A DNA stretch of 64,000 bases from Neodothiora populina. Lineage: Eukaryota. Below are positions 47,594 to 59,850 of this stretch, piece after piece. The position numbers and the translations under genes were made by a program. Below the pieces are notes generated by a model, which did no database searches, had not been told where the DNA came from, and saw only the letters and a program-made list of their open reading frames with translations. Position 1 is the stretch's first letter. Each line of letters opens with the position of its first letter. The stretch covers positions 1,426,001 through 1,490,000 of the forward strand of contig NW_027191413.1 of assembly GCF_041146345.1 (NCBI RefSeq), read 5' to 3'.

Positions 47594-48855
47594 CTAGGAC
47601 TCAACCTGCAGACTAGCGAAAATATCCGCAATCTCCGTCGTGTTCATGCCGACAGCGAGAGCACACTGCAACAAGATCCTAGCCTTCTGGGGGTCCAAAT
47701 CACTGCTGGCAATCTCCCAGTCATCGGTGGGAGGGACGAAGCCGTTCATGGTGCGAGACGAGAAGACCATCGGGATGCCCGTGGCGTTGTAGACTTCCTC
47801 GGCGACCTTGACGCCCGCTGAGGTCCAGCCGCCTGCGCCTGTGCCGGCGAAGACGATGCCCTCGGCGCCCGAGAGCGCGGCGGCGCGGATGAGCTCTGGG
47901 TTCGAGTCCTGGTGGCCGTAGAGAATGTCGACGTGAGGCAGGGAAGAGAGGTTGCGGGATGCGAGATCGAAAATGGGCTTTCCGGCGGGCGTGGCGGCGT
48001 TGTAGTAGAAGTTGGGGACTTGATTCAGGAAGAAGCCGAGGTGGCCTTGTTCGCGTGCGAAGAAGGTGTCGAGGGCGTTCGCGTGGTTCTTGACCGCGTA
48101 GTAGGCTGATGTGATGCGGTCGTTCAGCGTCACCATTGTGCCTCGCTCGCGGGCCTCGGGAGTGACGGCTAGCTTGACGGCTTGGTAGAGGTTGAGGGGT
48201 CCGTCGGCAGAGATGGCTGTCGAGGGACGCATAGCGCCGACTACAACAACAGGCTTGGGGGAGTTGATGGTCAGGTCGAGGAAGAAGGCGGTTTCTTCCA
48301 GGGTGTCTGTGCCGTGGGTCACGACTGCCCCAGAAGTGGTGTCCTTGGCCAGATCGGCGGTGATCTGTCGGTTGAGTTCGAGCAGAATGGTGGCGTTGAT
48401 GTTGCCACTGTCTACGTTCGCGACTTGCACACCATAGACGTTGGAGACATTGACAAGTTCGGGCACAGCTTCGATCAGAGTGCTGATTGCCACTGCGCCG
48501 GCAGTGTAGCCTGTCGTTGCTGTCTGAGAGTTACTGCTGCCAGCAATGGTACCGCCCTGTTATGTTTCGTAAGCTGGTTGTTGCAGTTTTTGACTCGCAG
48601 AGCAGAAACAGGTGCAGCTGGTGTGTTCACAACGAACCATACACTTCTCCAGAGCACAGAGTGACCCAATGAGGAAGATATGATTACGAGTAGAACGAAA
48701 GGAAAAAGACTTACAGTAGCGAAGATGGTGACATTGCCCAGAGTGCTGTTGATGGGAGTCACACTCTCCTGGCGAAGCTGAAGCTTGCTATATGGCACAG
48801 CAGCAGCGTTGGCCAGAGGCGAGAGAGCGGCGAGGAGGGAGACTGCTCTGAACAT
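47594..48855 (-). CDS. Secreted type-II L-asparaginase; 2 exons
   Basis: Signal peptide MFRAVSLLAALSPLANA; TIFAT/GGTIAG across intron 48714-48557; HGTDTLEETAFF; GAMRP; DPQKARILL. Confidence 0.92.
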
Positions 48856-50516
48856 CTTGGGGATCGAGCGAGAGAAGATATAAGTTGAGGATGTACAGTG
48901 GCCTGGCAGTGGAGTCCTCGGACACCGAGTCTAGGTAGATCAAACGAGAGATCTCTACGGAGGAGCGAGAGGATGTTTGGGGATGAGAAGAAGAACTGAA
49001 CTGGACCTACCGTCCTACGAGGGAAGAACACGAGGCACCTTTTATACCCATAGAGAAACAGACCTACCGAGTCGGCGAAGCTACTGGGACTGAACTCTGT
49101 CAGACCATGGGTCCAGCACGGCGGCCAAGCTAGATTAGACCAGAGCACAATGGCGAGGGAAAAAGCAATGATATCGGCCGCGATAGAGAGGGAAAGTGAG
49201 CCTCGCAAGGGCCGCAATCAGGCATGCCATGGCGGCGCATGGAGTCAGAAATCACAATGTTGAGCGGTAGTCTTCCTCCGCCAAGAGCAATGCGAGGTCG
49301 ATAATCGCGGGATATATTGCGATAAGGAAAGACAATATGCGGAGAACGAGGGAAAGTAGGTAACGTAAACATGTGTGTGTCTTAGCTAGTGCCGGACATG
49401 GGGTCACGATCGGGCATATTACCCTCTCAAAAAGAGTAATAAACGACATTGTCCGGGGTGCAGGACAGAGCTACGCCTATCTCTCGCCTTGGATCTGCTT
49501 GGCAAGCATGGATAGTGTCTCTTGGTTGATTCGTAGTCAGTACGAGGACGTGAGGTGGTTTGGGGCTGTCTCAATGTTTCCTGGCGAACTAAGCCGAATG
49601 TGGGCGCTGTCATGCGGCCGCTATTATGGGCGGAGAGACCTGAGGCGGAAATTCATGGGAAGCTTAAGCTGCCTTACCTCGCCGACATGGAGCCTATGCG
49701 AAGGTCAACGCGATAGTCGACCGATGTGGAGAAGAATGGAGTAGAGGGTTCAAAGTGGACGTAACGCCAGTACAATCCGATATCGCTGGATCAATCAATA
49801 CCTGACCTGATAAGTCTTGATATCACTTCACCACAAGCAGTGCAGCATATTACAATACAAGTACGGCTAGGCCGCGGACGGAAGTCATATCTACAGTACA
49901 GTACTTGCTCTGGGGACTTCGGCACAACTTAATTGCCGGGGGTCTGAATCGCCTAGGTATGGAACAGTACCTTACGATCTGCAGTCGCATGTACGAGATA
50001 CTTGGCGGAAGCTTATCACGCATGGCTGCCGGATGCACGATGATACCGTGGCTGCAGTACCTCAGCCAAGAACTTCATCAAGCCAGGCAGCCAGGAACGA
50101 ATCTGTGCCTCGTGCTGCCGTGCCCGAGCTACTTTACATGAGGTAGGATCGCGGAGAAACCCAGATTCGGCAGAATCCGGAAGCTATCTTTACGTTCATT
50201 TGTCCAATTCATGTGTGTAATAGTGGTATATTGATATTAATCGCGTCCATGACGATCGTGGAGACGCAGGCGATGGGCGTCTCGGGCACTTTACCCAATG
50301 CTGGACAGGTGATTGCTGCGTGCAATTACAAATGTTGAGAGTAATGCAGCGCAGTGAACTCGACCTTTAGATTGAGCTTCCCTGCCTGCCGAGTGAGATA
50401 GAATGGCACTTGGTAGTCCATTTGTGACAATCTCGTGCAGGTCAGTGGGCGACATCTTCGGCTGGCAGTAAATGCGCGTACAGCATAGAGTGGTGGCCTG
50501 TCTTGTGCAGGTGCGC

Positions 50517-51542
50517 TCATGCGGTATCCATCTTGTCGCCCCCATCGCCGTCTTTCTTGTCCTCGGTCTTGTCGGACGAAGCACTCGGCTCGCCGGACTT
50601 GTCGAGCAGCGGCTGGCTCTCGGCCTCACCCTCCGGTACGCTCTCCAGCTGTGTCTTTCCCTCCTGTGTTTCGGTGGCTTTGCGGTCCCTCTCCTGTCTG
50701 GCATTCTCCTCCTCCATACTCATGCGCAGGGCGAGAGCCAGCTCAGGGTCCATTGATGGGTCGACACCGAACTCGAAGCTGCCGCCACCCTCAGCAGCAC
50801 CGGCTCCCTCGCCCGACGCGGCGGCTCCTCCGCCCGTACCTCCAGTCTCGGCTGCTAGAATGGGGCCGGCGACGATGACGTCGGAGAGCAGATTGGGGCC
50901 CGGCTGCACAAGCTCGAGGTGAGAGCCCTCGCCGCCGTTGACGGCTTCGTTGAAGGCACGGAGCTTGGACGTGGTATCTTCGCTGAGGTCGCCAAAAGCA
51001 ACGACATCGATGCTGACATTGTTCTTCTTCATGCGTTTTGCGAGTTTGACCAGGGCGGACTGAGACTCGTTCGGGCCATCGATAGCAGAGCAGGTCAGGA
51101 CGACGATTCTCTGCCGTTGCGATTTGTTTTGTCTGTGTTTGAGGGCGAGCTGTCGAGGGTATGGTTAGCGATAGAGAGGATAGTTTGGCCGGCGGTAGAC
51201 AACGTACAGAGGCGATCATAATGGCGGTATGGAAGTGGCTCTGGCCTCTTATCTTGGTTCTGTGTAGACCATCGAGGATCTTGCCGGGGTTCGTTGTGAG
51301 GGTGGTGAGGACTTCGGGACCATTGCCGCCCATGCTCATGAGGCCGACTGATGATTCGGGGTTGGCTTGTGTTTTGTATTGGAAGATGAGGTTTGCGGCG
51401 TCGGTCTGGGCTTCCCATCGTGAGGGAACATAGTCGCCGTTTCGGCTGCTCTCGCTGTTGTCCACCCTGCAGAGTGTGAGTTTTGATGAAGACAAAATGA
51501 TGCTGTGGATGCATACACTATCATAGTCGCCTCCAACCCCAT
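50517..51542 (-). CDS. RPN10: 26S proteasome regulatory subunit Rpn10 (vWA + UIM); 3 exons
   Basis: MGLEATMI/VDNSESSRNGDY...ANPESSVGLMSM...LALKHRQNKSQRQRI...FEFGVDPSMDPELALALRMSMEEE. Confidence 0.95.
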
Positions 51543-51998
51543 CTTGAAGGTTGTTGTAGCTGCTGCTGGAGACCGCGAGTATCGATTTCTTTCTTTCTTT
51601 TCGAGAGATGTAGATGTGACAGAGGCAGTGATGGATGTGGAGATGAGGAAGACAGGTGATGAGATTATTGGATGATGAAAGTGGATTGACAGTGGTATAA
51701 CAGCAACAAAGTAGAGTAGCAGCAAGTGAAGCTCCAAACACCGTCGGCGTCACTTGCATAAGACTGGAGGGCGTCATCCGACGTTTAGCCGTGCGGGAAC
51801 ACATCTTGCATAATTCACTGGATGCATAACAATGCAAAGCATCCAATGTTTTGTTTCAGTGTTTAGCATCTACAGTTACTTGTATACCTTACCTACACCA
51901 CACAACATTGACTTTCGATATAATCACATTAAAGCGAAACCGTCTAGTTCTACTTGATCGCGTGCAATAGACGTGCATTAAAAACATCGGATCAGAAA

Positions 51999-53293
51999 AT
52001 GGCTCTGGTGGCAAACAACACAACCCCCGACCGCCTGGTCAGTCCGCAGAAGCAGGCGATAACCATCACAGAGGCCCAGAAACAGGCATTGATTGACAAC
52101 TTGCAGCTGGAGGGTGTGTATATAATTGGCGATTCTTTTCTTGCTTGTATTCCTGATCATTCCGTTAGTCACTGAGAGAGCCCGGAAACTACGCGCTCAA
52201 TATGCCTTGCAGGCCCAAGGTTTGCGCACGCGACTTGAGATGCGCATCAACCGCATCCCCCAATCTATGCGTAAAATGAAGATGGAGGATCTCGTCAACA
52301 GATTCATTCAACAGCAGCAGAAGAAGCTCGAGTCTTCGTCGACGTCGTCAAAAGCTGGCGGCAGTGATGCAGCTGCCGCCAACACCAGGACGAGGGGCGT
52401 CAAGCGACAGAGGTACCTCACTATGCCTTCCTTCCTTTCCTTCCGCATTGTGACTAACCATATACGGCAGTGACGACTATCCAGTCTCGGACAAGGAGAA
52501 CTCCCACCCATCCAATGCAGTCAGCAATCCCAAGAAGCGCACCAAGCCCAACCCTCCGAGCCAGACTTCAATCCCTCCTCCTTCGGCCATCCCTTCGTCG
52601 TCTCCTGCCAATACTCGTTCAACGCGCAAGCCTGGCGCCATCCTCTCACCAAAGTCCCACAATCCACGTCCCGAGTCACGCGCATCTCCCATCAAGTCTC
52701 CCCCACGTCACATCAAGTCTCCCCCACGTCACATCAAGTCTCCCCCACCTTCAGCCTTCAGATTCCCTGCCGCTCCAGCATCCTCAGGCCGTCCCGCGAC
52801 CGCTCCTGGCGGGTCCAGCGTCAAGCCAACCCGACCCACGTCGCGCCTCGCAAAGCGCACAGAGACAGCCCAAGTCGCCACCGCCTCACAACTACAAGGC
52901 GAACAGCTGCGGCCCGGATCCAGTTCGAGCAACAGCAGCGTCAACACCACCATCGTCTACAGCGCCCGCAAGCGCGCCGGCACGACCAACACCGCGCTCC
53001 CCTCACTCGCCACCATCGCGACCAAGTCCTCGACAGCCACTTCTGCCGCTGCAAGGACCAAGACCGCCTCCGCCACAGTGTCTAGCTTGCCTGCTCCCAC
53101 GGCTAGTGTTGCGCCTGCTATCGCCCCAGCCAAGAAGGGAGGAATCAAGGGCGCACTGCAGTCTCTCACGGGCTCCAAGAGGGGGAAGAATGCCGCTGCC
53201 GCAGCTGCCGCCGCCGCAACTGCCGCAAAGGAGGCCATAGGTGGTGCCGCGCCTGCTTCGAGTGGTGGTAGGGTGCTGAGAAAGAGGGGATAA
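51999..53293 (+). CDS. Borealin/Nbl1 N-terminal domain protein (chromosomal passenger complex); 3 exons
   Basis: ITEAQKQALIDNLQLE/VTERARKLRAQYALQAQGLRTRLEMRINRIP; introns 52114-52168 and 52413-52470; DKEN box; S/P-rich tail ending GRVLRKRG*. Confidence 0.8.
52690..52749 (+). repeat. 21-bp coding minisatellite (CATCAAGTCTCCCCCACGTCA) x about 2.9
   Basis: Direct copies at 52690, 52711 and 52732; encodes IKSPPRH repeats. Confidence 0.9.
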
Positions 53294-53769
53294 TCTATTT
53301 CTTCTTTCTCGTGTTTTCTCCATTCTTCTTCGGACGGATCAGCTCATGACTCGGGAGCGTGTACGGAAACAGGCGTATGTTTGGAATAAAGTGTGATATG
53401 GGTAGCACTACAAGACGGACTTGTGGTGTTTGGGATAGTAGGAACTCATGACTATGTTTCTGCACGTCTTATTGTTTCTTTTTCTGGTTGTCTACTTCTG
53501 GCATAATGAAACCGGCGAAAATGCCGCCCCTGAATAGAGTAATCGATGGCCTCTTCGCTTAATGAATCTCAAATGGTTAAAAAGAAACCAAAGATTCCAT
53601 CATCATCATTGTTATCTACATTTCATCATCATCCCACGTCATGTCTCTCACACCTCAATGTACACGCACCATTCTCTCCACGGAAAAACAGCATGCACGA
53701 CGACAGAGATCCAAAAATCCTCAAAACACGCCCTCGAAAAAGAGGAGATGGAGAAAGAAGGGTGCCGCC

Positions 53770-55296
53770 CTAGTCCCTAGCATAAACATACCCAACCAGT
53801 CTTCTATTGACTTTCCTCGGCGGCGGCAGAACCTCATGATCACATTTCCCCTCTGCCACGGCGGGCACTTCGTTTCTAACCGCTCTCACAGCGCTCTTGA
53901 CCTCGTCTCTGAAACAAGCCGCCAGCGCCTCTCTTTGCGCCGCCAGCTGCGTCGTTAGGTCTTGTTGGACGGCGAGGGACTGCGCGGTTAGAGTCGCCGA
54001 GAGGCGGGATTCGAGGGCTTTTTCCTTTTCTTTTTCTTTTTGGCGGGCTTCTTCTTTTTGTTTTTGGGACTGCGATTGTTGTTGTTGCTGTTGTTGTTGC
54101 TGTTGTTGTATAGTCACAAGGGTGTGGGTTAACTTGGATAATTGGGCTGTCTGCTGCGACTGAGTTTCCTGGAGGGCGTGTAGCGCGCGGGTGGTCTGCG
54201 ATAACTGCGTCTGTAGCGGTCGGAGGTCGGATACTGTTATTCCCGCAGCTTGTTCCTTGGTGCCCTGTCGTTGTCGGGCTACTATCAGTTCGTTCATCTG
54301 CTCCGTCAGGTCCTCGATGGCACTCTGCAGCCTCTGCGTCGTCTTGGTATTGGTGTGTTGGCTATCGAGCAGCGCGTCGATGTTCAGGTTGGCGTGCTTT
54401 GTCGAGCGCGCGATGCGGTCCGTCGTCATGGTTAGTTGAGCTAGATCTGTTCTGGTCTTCGAAGCGCTGTCGTTCAGGCCTGCGAGGAGGCCTGCTCCTC
54501 CTCCTCCGCCGCCGCCGCCGCCGGTGTTGCTGCTTGCGGGTTGAGGGGTGAATGGGTCTTCTAGCATGTCTGCGTCTCTAACTAGCTCTGGGCTGGAGCT
54601 TTCGCTTCTGCCGCTGACCATGCTGTTGTTGTTGCCGTTGTTGTCGTTGCTGCCACCACCACCACCACCAGCGCCGGATTCACCGCCGCCTGTCTCGCGT
54701 AACGTTGGCATGGACGGTGTTCGAATAACTGACATTCCTCCTCTTTTCCCACTTCTCCTTATTTCTGCTCCTGATGCCGGCAGCCCAGCCGCCGTGGGTG
54801 AAGGAGGCGCAGCCGAATCTTCGAGCTGTTTGAAGGACCATTTGCCGTCTAAATGCGCATACCGTGCATTCTGCCACGCCTTTGCCGGGACACCTTCACT
54901 TCTGAACGAGAAGAGTTGTGAGCTCTCACGCACCGAGTCCGGATACTCGATCTGTGTGAGACGCCACCACTCCTTTGCCGTTTCTCCATCCGTGAACGTG
55001 AGTAGATAGCGAGACTTGGTTTTGAGGTGGAATGGTGAAGTGAATGAGCGCACCCGGCGCGCATACGCCATAAATTGATGTGGTGTTCCGTTTGAGTCGC
55101 CTTTGTCTTCTGTGCATGTGTTCTGGGCGGATGAAGAGCGTGCGAACGAAGCTTTCTTCAGCTCGCGCTTCAGACTTGGGCTGGTGTCGTGTTCGCTCTC
55201 GGTGTCTGTTCTGGTGTGGGAGTCATGTCGATGAGGCGGAGTCGGGGTTGACGGAGGATCGTTGTCGCCCTTCGCCGGACTTTGATCCTGTGCCAT
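53770..55296 (-). CDS. Hypothetical protein (508 aa): short globular N-region, poly-G/N/Q tracts, long coiled coil, C-terminal CDH-PPPRK-VGYVY motif
   Basis: Long ATG-initiated ORF with coding-like composition. Confidence 0.75.
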   Translation of the reverse strand: MAQDQSPAKGDNDPPSTPTPPHRHDSHTRTDTESEHDTSPSLKRELKKASFARSSSAQNTCTEDKGDSNGTPHQFMAYARRVRSFTSPFHLKTKSRYLLTFTDGETAKEWWRLTQIEYPDSVRESSQLFSFRSEGVPAKAWQNARYAHLDGKWSFKQLEDSAAPPSPTAAGLPASGAEIRRSGKRGGMSVIRTPSMPTLRETGGGESGAGGGGGGSNDNNGNNNSMVSGRSESSSPELVRDADMLEDPFTPQPASSNTGGGGGGGGGAGLLAGLNDSASKTRTDLAQLTMTTDRIARSTKHANLNIDALLDSQHTNTKTTQRLQSAIEDLTEQMNELIVARQRQGTKEQAAGITVSDLRPLQTQLSQTTRALHALQETQSQQTAQLSKLTHTLVTIQQQQQQQQQQQSQSQKQKEEARQKEKEKEKALESRLSATLTAQSLAVQQDLTTQLAAQREALAACFRDEVKSAVRAVRNEVPAVAEGKCDHEVLPPPRKVNRRLVGYVYARD

Positions 55297-56261
55297 GGTC
55301 CAGTCTGCTTGGTGTAGAATGACAAGTTATTGTACTGCTAAGCGCGTCTCGAGTATCTGCATCGATAACAGGTCGAGTACGCAGAGCCAGCCGAGGTGGT
55401 ATTCACACATGTAATACCCGAGTATTGATATAAAAGTGAATCGAGGGAAAATGAAAACACCTTCGATCAAACAGAATAACAAGAAACAATCCGAGTACCT
55501 ACTGATACTACCACATCACCACACAGACTCCAGTAGAGGTGGGCGAAGTCAGGTCAGATACCTACTACCTCGTAGCTCACACAGGCCAGAAGAAAGAGAT
55601 AAAGATCTCACACACGTCATATGTACCCTCTGGGCAGCACTCACTGTCAAATCAAGTCCCGCGACCTCATTACTCGACAAGTGAGCAGGGCTGGAAACGG
55701 AGACATGCTATTTGTCCCCTGCTTATATTAAAAGACTGAGGGATGAAGCGCGGAGCGAGGGAGAGGGTGCTTTCGCTGCCCTGTTCTGCTCCGCATTCGC
55801 GATGATGTGGCTGGCAAAGTAGGTACACAGTAGCTGGTCATGGTGAGACGTCACAAGCTCTCGCGAGGTGCGGGTCGTTTCTTATAAAGTCCGGCGAACC
55901 GACCCCGAGGGGAGAACCCACCAACGCCAGCCGCTTAGAAGACCGAGCTATTTCCATATTGGCCCATTGATGTACTGTACAGCTACGATAAATGTCAGCA
56001 CAGCGATAACACGTTACATATTCATATCTTCCATGTCGCTCGTGCAAATTCGCTTTGGACGATCGACGTAGGACGGGAATCGGGCTAAGATACGAATCAA
56101 CCGACACTGGACCATTGATACAGGTCCAGACCAAAAGAGTGAATTGGTTCACATGTATAAGGTATGTGCTGTGAACTTGTAGCTTGCGTGGAAATGACCG
56201 AAAGTCAACATATACTCTCCTGCAAAACGAACGTTAGGCCTTCACAACGTGACCATGTATA

Positions 56262-56431
56262 CATCATCACCATCATCATCACCATCATCATCACCATCAT
56301 CATCACCATCATCATCACCATCATCATCACCATCATCATCACCATCATCATCACCATCATCATCATCATCACAATCATCATCGTCGTCGTCATCATCATC
56401 ATCACTATCAAAGTCACTACCATCATCATCA
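56262..56431. repeat. Compound (CAT/CAC)n microsatellite with a 12-bp higher-order unit CACCATCATCAT
   Basis: About 8 near-perfect 12-mers degenerating to CAT/CGT triplets, about 100 bp downstream of the S28 peptidase stop. Confidence 0.95.
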
Positions 56432-56526
56432 ATCTCAGGCCAGGATCGTCTGTGTCAGATCAAGACGCTCTTCGTGTGGGAATCTGTACTTCATGCTAGA
56501 ATTACATTTAGTCGGGGCCCAAATTA

Positions 56527-58491
56527 TTAGTCCCATAGTAGCCTGATCTGCTCATATAACGAACCTTTGCGAGGAGATACACGATGGACACCTTTGTTCA
56601 GGCGCTGCTGCTTCCACTCCTCCATCCACTCCTGAACGAATTGTAATTCCTGCTTCTGAGTGTTTGCGACTGGTGGTGGAGGCAACTCAGAGGTGGTCTG
56701 ATTGGGAAAGAGGCCGTTCTCGTCCCAATGGTGTACCGCACCGTCAATCAAGATAAAAGGTTCACTGGCTGTGGAATTTCTGTGCTTGGCTCCTTCGGCG
56801 AAGGCGTGTGGCGTTGCGGGTCTCCAAGGATCCGCAGAGCCGTCAACGAAAGCAAGACGTGGATACGAAACATCATATCCACCATACTTGTTGACAACCT
56901 CAATGTTGGCTGGCTTGCTGATGTTGAATGCTTCGCGACAAATGAGGCTCTCGTATTCTAGATCCAGGGTTCTAGATACCAGTGGAAGTTGGTCCGCTGG
57001 AACTCCTGAGCCAGTCTGCAAGAAGCCCCATTCAGTACAATACTGATAGGGCCACGAACGCCATGTCTGCGAAATGTCATCCTGGGCGTAGAAAGTCGAG
57101 TTGTGAGTACTGAAGCACTGATTTTGAGTAGCGCCCTGCTGAGCACATGGAGCCACCTGTGTCAGGTTGATGTAGCCGACCAGGTTCAGCATCTGATTGA
57201 TGAGATTGTCACTTGCCGTGTACTGTCCAGCCGTGATCAGGGAAGATACATTGGTCCTCAATGTTGTCGTGTCCGGATACAGAACAGAGGTAGTCGAAAT
57301 GTTACCGCAATACTCGTAAAAGTCAGGGCTATTGACGGCAGGATCCCAGTTGCGGCTTTGCCAATAGCCAAGCGCTTCTGAGAGGATTGCAGCAAAGTCA
57401 TCGTCGTAGGTGACATTTTCCATCCCGAAGGTCTTCTTGAGTTGATAAGTGAGTTGGCTCGAGTTCTTGCCAATCAAGATGTTGTCAACTATATGAGTGA
57501 GAGTCTTCTGTGCGGCGACACATGTAGGAGGGGCTGGCTACAGTCAGTATCGAGGAGCCAGTCAATTCTATACGCGCCGAACTCGGTTCATTATAGCAGA
57601 ACTTACCGTTCTCGGCGATAGGGGTGAAGTATCTACGAATCTGTAAGCAAAGATTGAGAGGTGCCCATCGACCTACTTACTGCCAATAATCCCAGATAGC
57701 TTTGGTGACTCCAGAACTCGAAATGGTACCCCAGAAGACATCAGGGTATTGGACTCTGAGAAAAGCGTTAAAGGCACCCGCGTAGCTTCCACCATACCCA
57801 ATGTAGGCATTAGTATCACTCGTCAGTGTGAGGTTTTCCAAGCCTGGAAAGACGATGTTCTTTGCAAAGTAAGCTTCATCAGCCAGAGCCTGAGCGGTTG
57901 TGAGAAATCGCAAGTTCTTAGTCGAGAGATCGGAAGTCGGCCAGGACTCTCCATAGTAGCGATGTTCCAGTACAACACCGATTCCATTGGTAACTTTGGC
58001 CATTTGAGCGAGGAGACCTTTCTGCAGATATACGAGTCTACCTGACCCATCGGTTTCGCCTCCTTGTAAGACAATCACAGGACCTGTCATGGCAGGACGG
58101 TGAGACTTTTATAGATATATCAACGAGGAATTATACAAACCTCCAGGTTGGTAATGGGAAGCATCGAACCAGTATCGCAAGGGAAAGGTGGCATTTGTGT
58201 GCGGCTCATAGGTGCTGTCGTTGTAAAAGTGGTCGACAGGAACAGAGAGATTGTACGTAGGGTATAGAAGCGCAGGGTCGACTTCACGTTTACGCAAGTT
58301 ATTGATCTTTGCCTGGACAGGCATGAGTTGAGTCCAACGCCATAGGTCTGATCGGGGATCTGCAGACACAGGTCGAGGACGCTCACCTGCTGCTCTATTT
58401 CAAAGATCCTCTGCCTCTTGCCGAGCGCGGTGTTAAAAGCACTTCCGAAGGGCAGAAGTGCCAACAAAATCTGTAACGATAGAAGCCTCAT
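56527..58491 (-). CDS. Secreted serine peptidase, family S28 (Pro-X carboxypeptidase-like); multi-exon
   Basis: Signal peptide MRLLSLQILLALLPFGSA; VPVDHF, LEHRYYGES, nucleophile GGSYAG, WPYQYCTEWG, DPWR, His in GAVHHWD. Confidence 0.92.
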
Positions 58492-59089
58492 CTTTGGTAA
58501 GATACTTTAGATGAGGTGGAACTTAAGGATGACTGTAGCAATGTAGTTCACTCTGAGTCTCGTCCGGCCTCGAGGAAGATGAAGGCAGGACAGAGTCAAA
58601 GAAAGGATACAGTCCACGGTTCGTCATTATGGTTCGTCACGACGCGATGCAGCTGCACGCTATGCGAATTGGGAAGGTGATCGGAAGGGTAACGCGGTGC
58701 ATTGATATAAATTGTTTAAACCTGTACAAAGTAAGGTACCTCATCCTTGGATGCACGATTACGATAAGATAAGCGGCCTTCGGGCCGCGGATAGCGTATC
58801 GAGCGTGTTTATTATTAGCCGAGCTGGCGTTCCAATGATCAAGGCTACCGCAGGTTGTCATTGTGCATGGTGCAGTCAGGTACGAAGTAAGGCATCACCG
58901 TACCAAATATCGTATTCGGCATGAGACATTAGTAAAATCGAGCTGCATTTTCGGATAGACAAGCTTCATTTCTCCTTCACGGTCACAACGTCTTGTAAAC
59001 ATTGCTCTAATGGTTTTGATCGTCCTTCGGTGTCATCGCGCATCCGCCGTCACGGGGTGAATAGACCGAGGATTTCTGGCATGCTCGAT

Positions 59090-59850
59090 TTACTCAGCAG
59101 TGCCATTCGCAGGCCCTATGGAGGCTTTCGAATCCCTCGAGGCTCTGAACTTGGAAATCTCTTGGGCAACAGCCTTGTCAAGCCTCGACTTCAGTTCTGG
59201 TCGGTACCCAAGCCAGAACAGCACCTCAAGCCAGACAAAGAACGGGGCAAGGAAGAGGGCTTGCACGAGGTTATCGAGCAAAGCTGGAGCTCTGCGCTCA
59301 AAGACTCCATGGCCAACAAATTGGGCTATCCAACTAAAAGCAAAAATGCCCAGAGCCCAACAATTGGCGGTCATGCCATAAGTTGAAGTGAGGTGGTTCG
59401 CATATGCGGTACCACCAAGAAGTAATGGTGCTAACAGACCACCCGCCACAGGCTCCATAAGTATGTATAGAGTAGCATATGTCAGCGCCACCATAGTCCC
59501 CAGATTCGGCGAAAGATTAGAAATGAGCAGAGAATCTGGTATCGGTAATGACGGCGTATTTGTGCACTAGAGCATGTCGTGAATGAGCAGTCGAGTGGAG
59601 AACATGAGGCTAGTACCAGACTTACGAAGAGGAAGGATGTCATCAATATAGTCGGCACACATGTAATGTGTATGGCTACGTTAACCTAAACAGACATCTC
59701 AGTGAAAGTGTGTCTAGTCGGAGGCATAATGGTCATCTTACGGGGTTATGGTGGTATTGCCCATACTGGAACCAATCAGCACTTCTCATGTCACGTCTCA
59801 TCTGAGGGGTAACTCACAAATTGCAGCTGCTTCTCGAGGTTCAGTGCCAT
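59090..59850 (-). CDS. MPO1: Mpo1-like / DUF962 ER membrane protein (2-hydroxy fatty acid dioxygenase family); 4 exons
   Basis: MALNLEKQLQF/YGQYHHNP/VNVAIHITCVP...WIAQFVGHGVFERRAPALLDNLVQALFLAPFFVWLE. Confidence 0.85.

Noticed and set aside
56164..56530. Poly-Ile, poly-Met and poly-Ser ORFs
   Set aside because: Translations of the CAT/CAC microsatellite.
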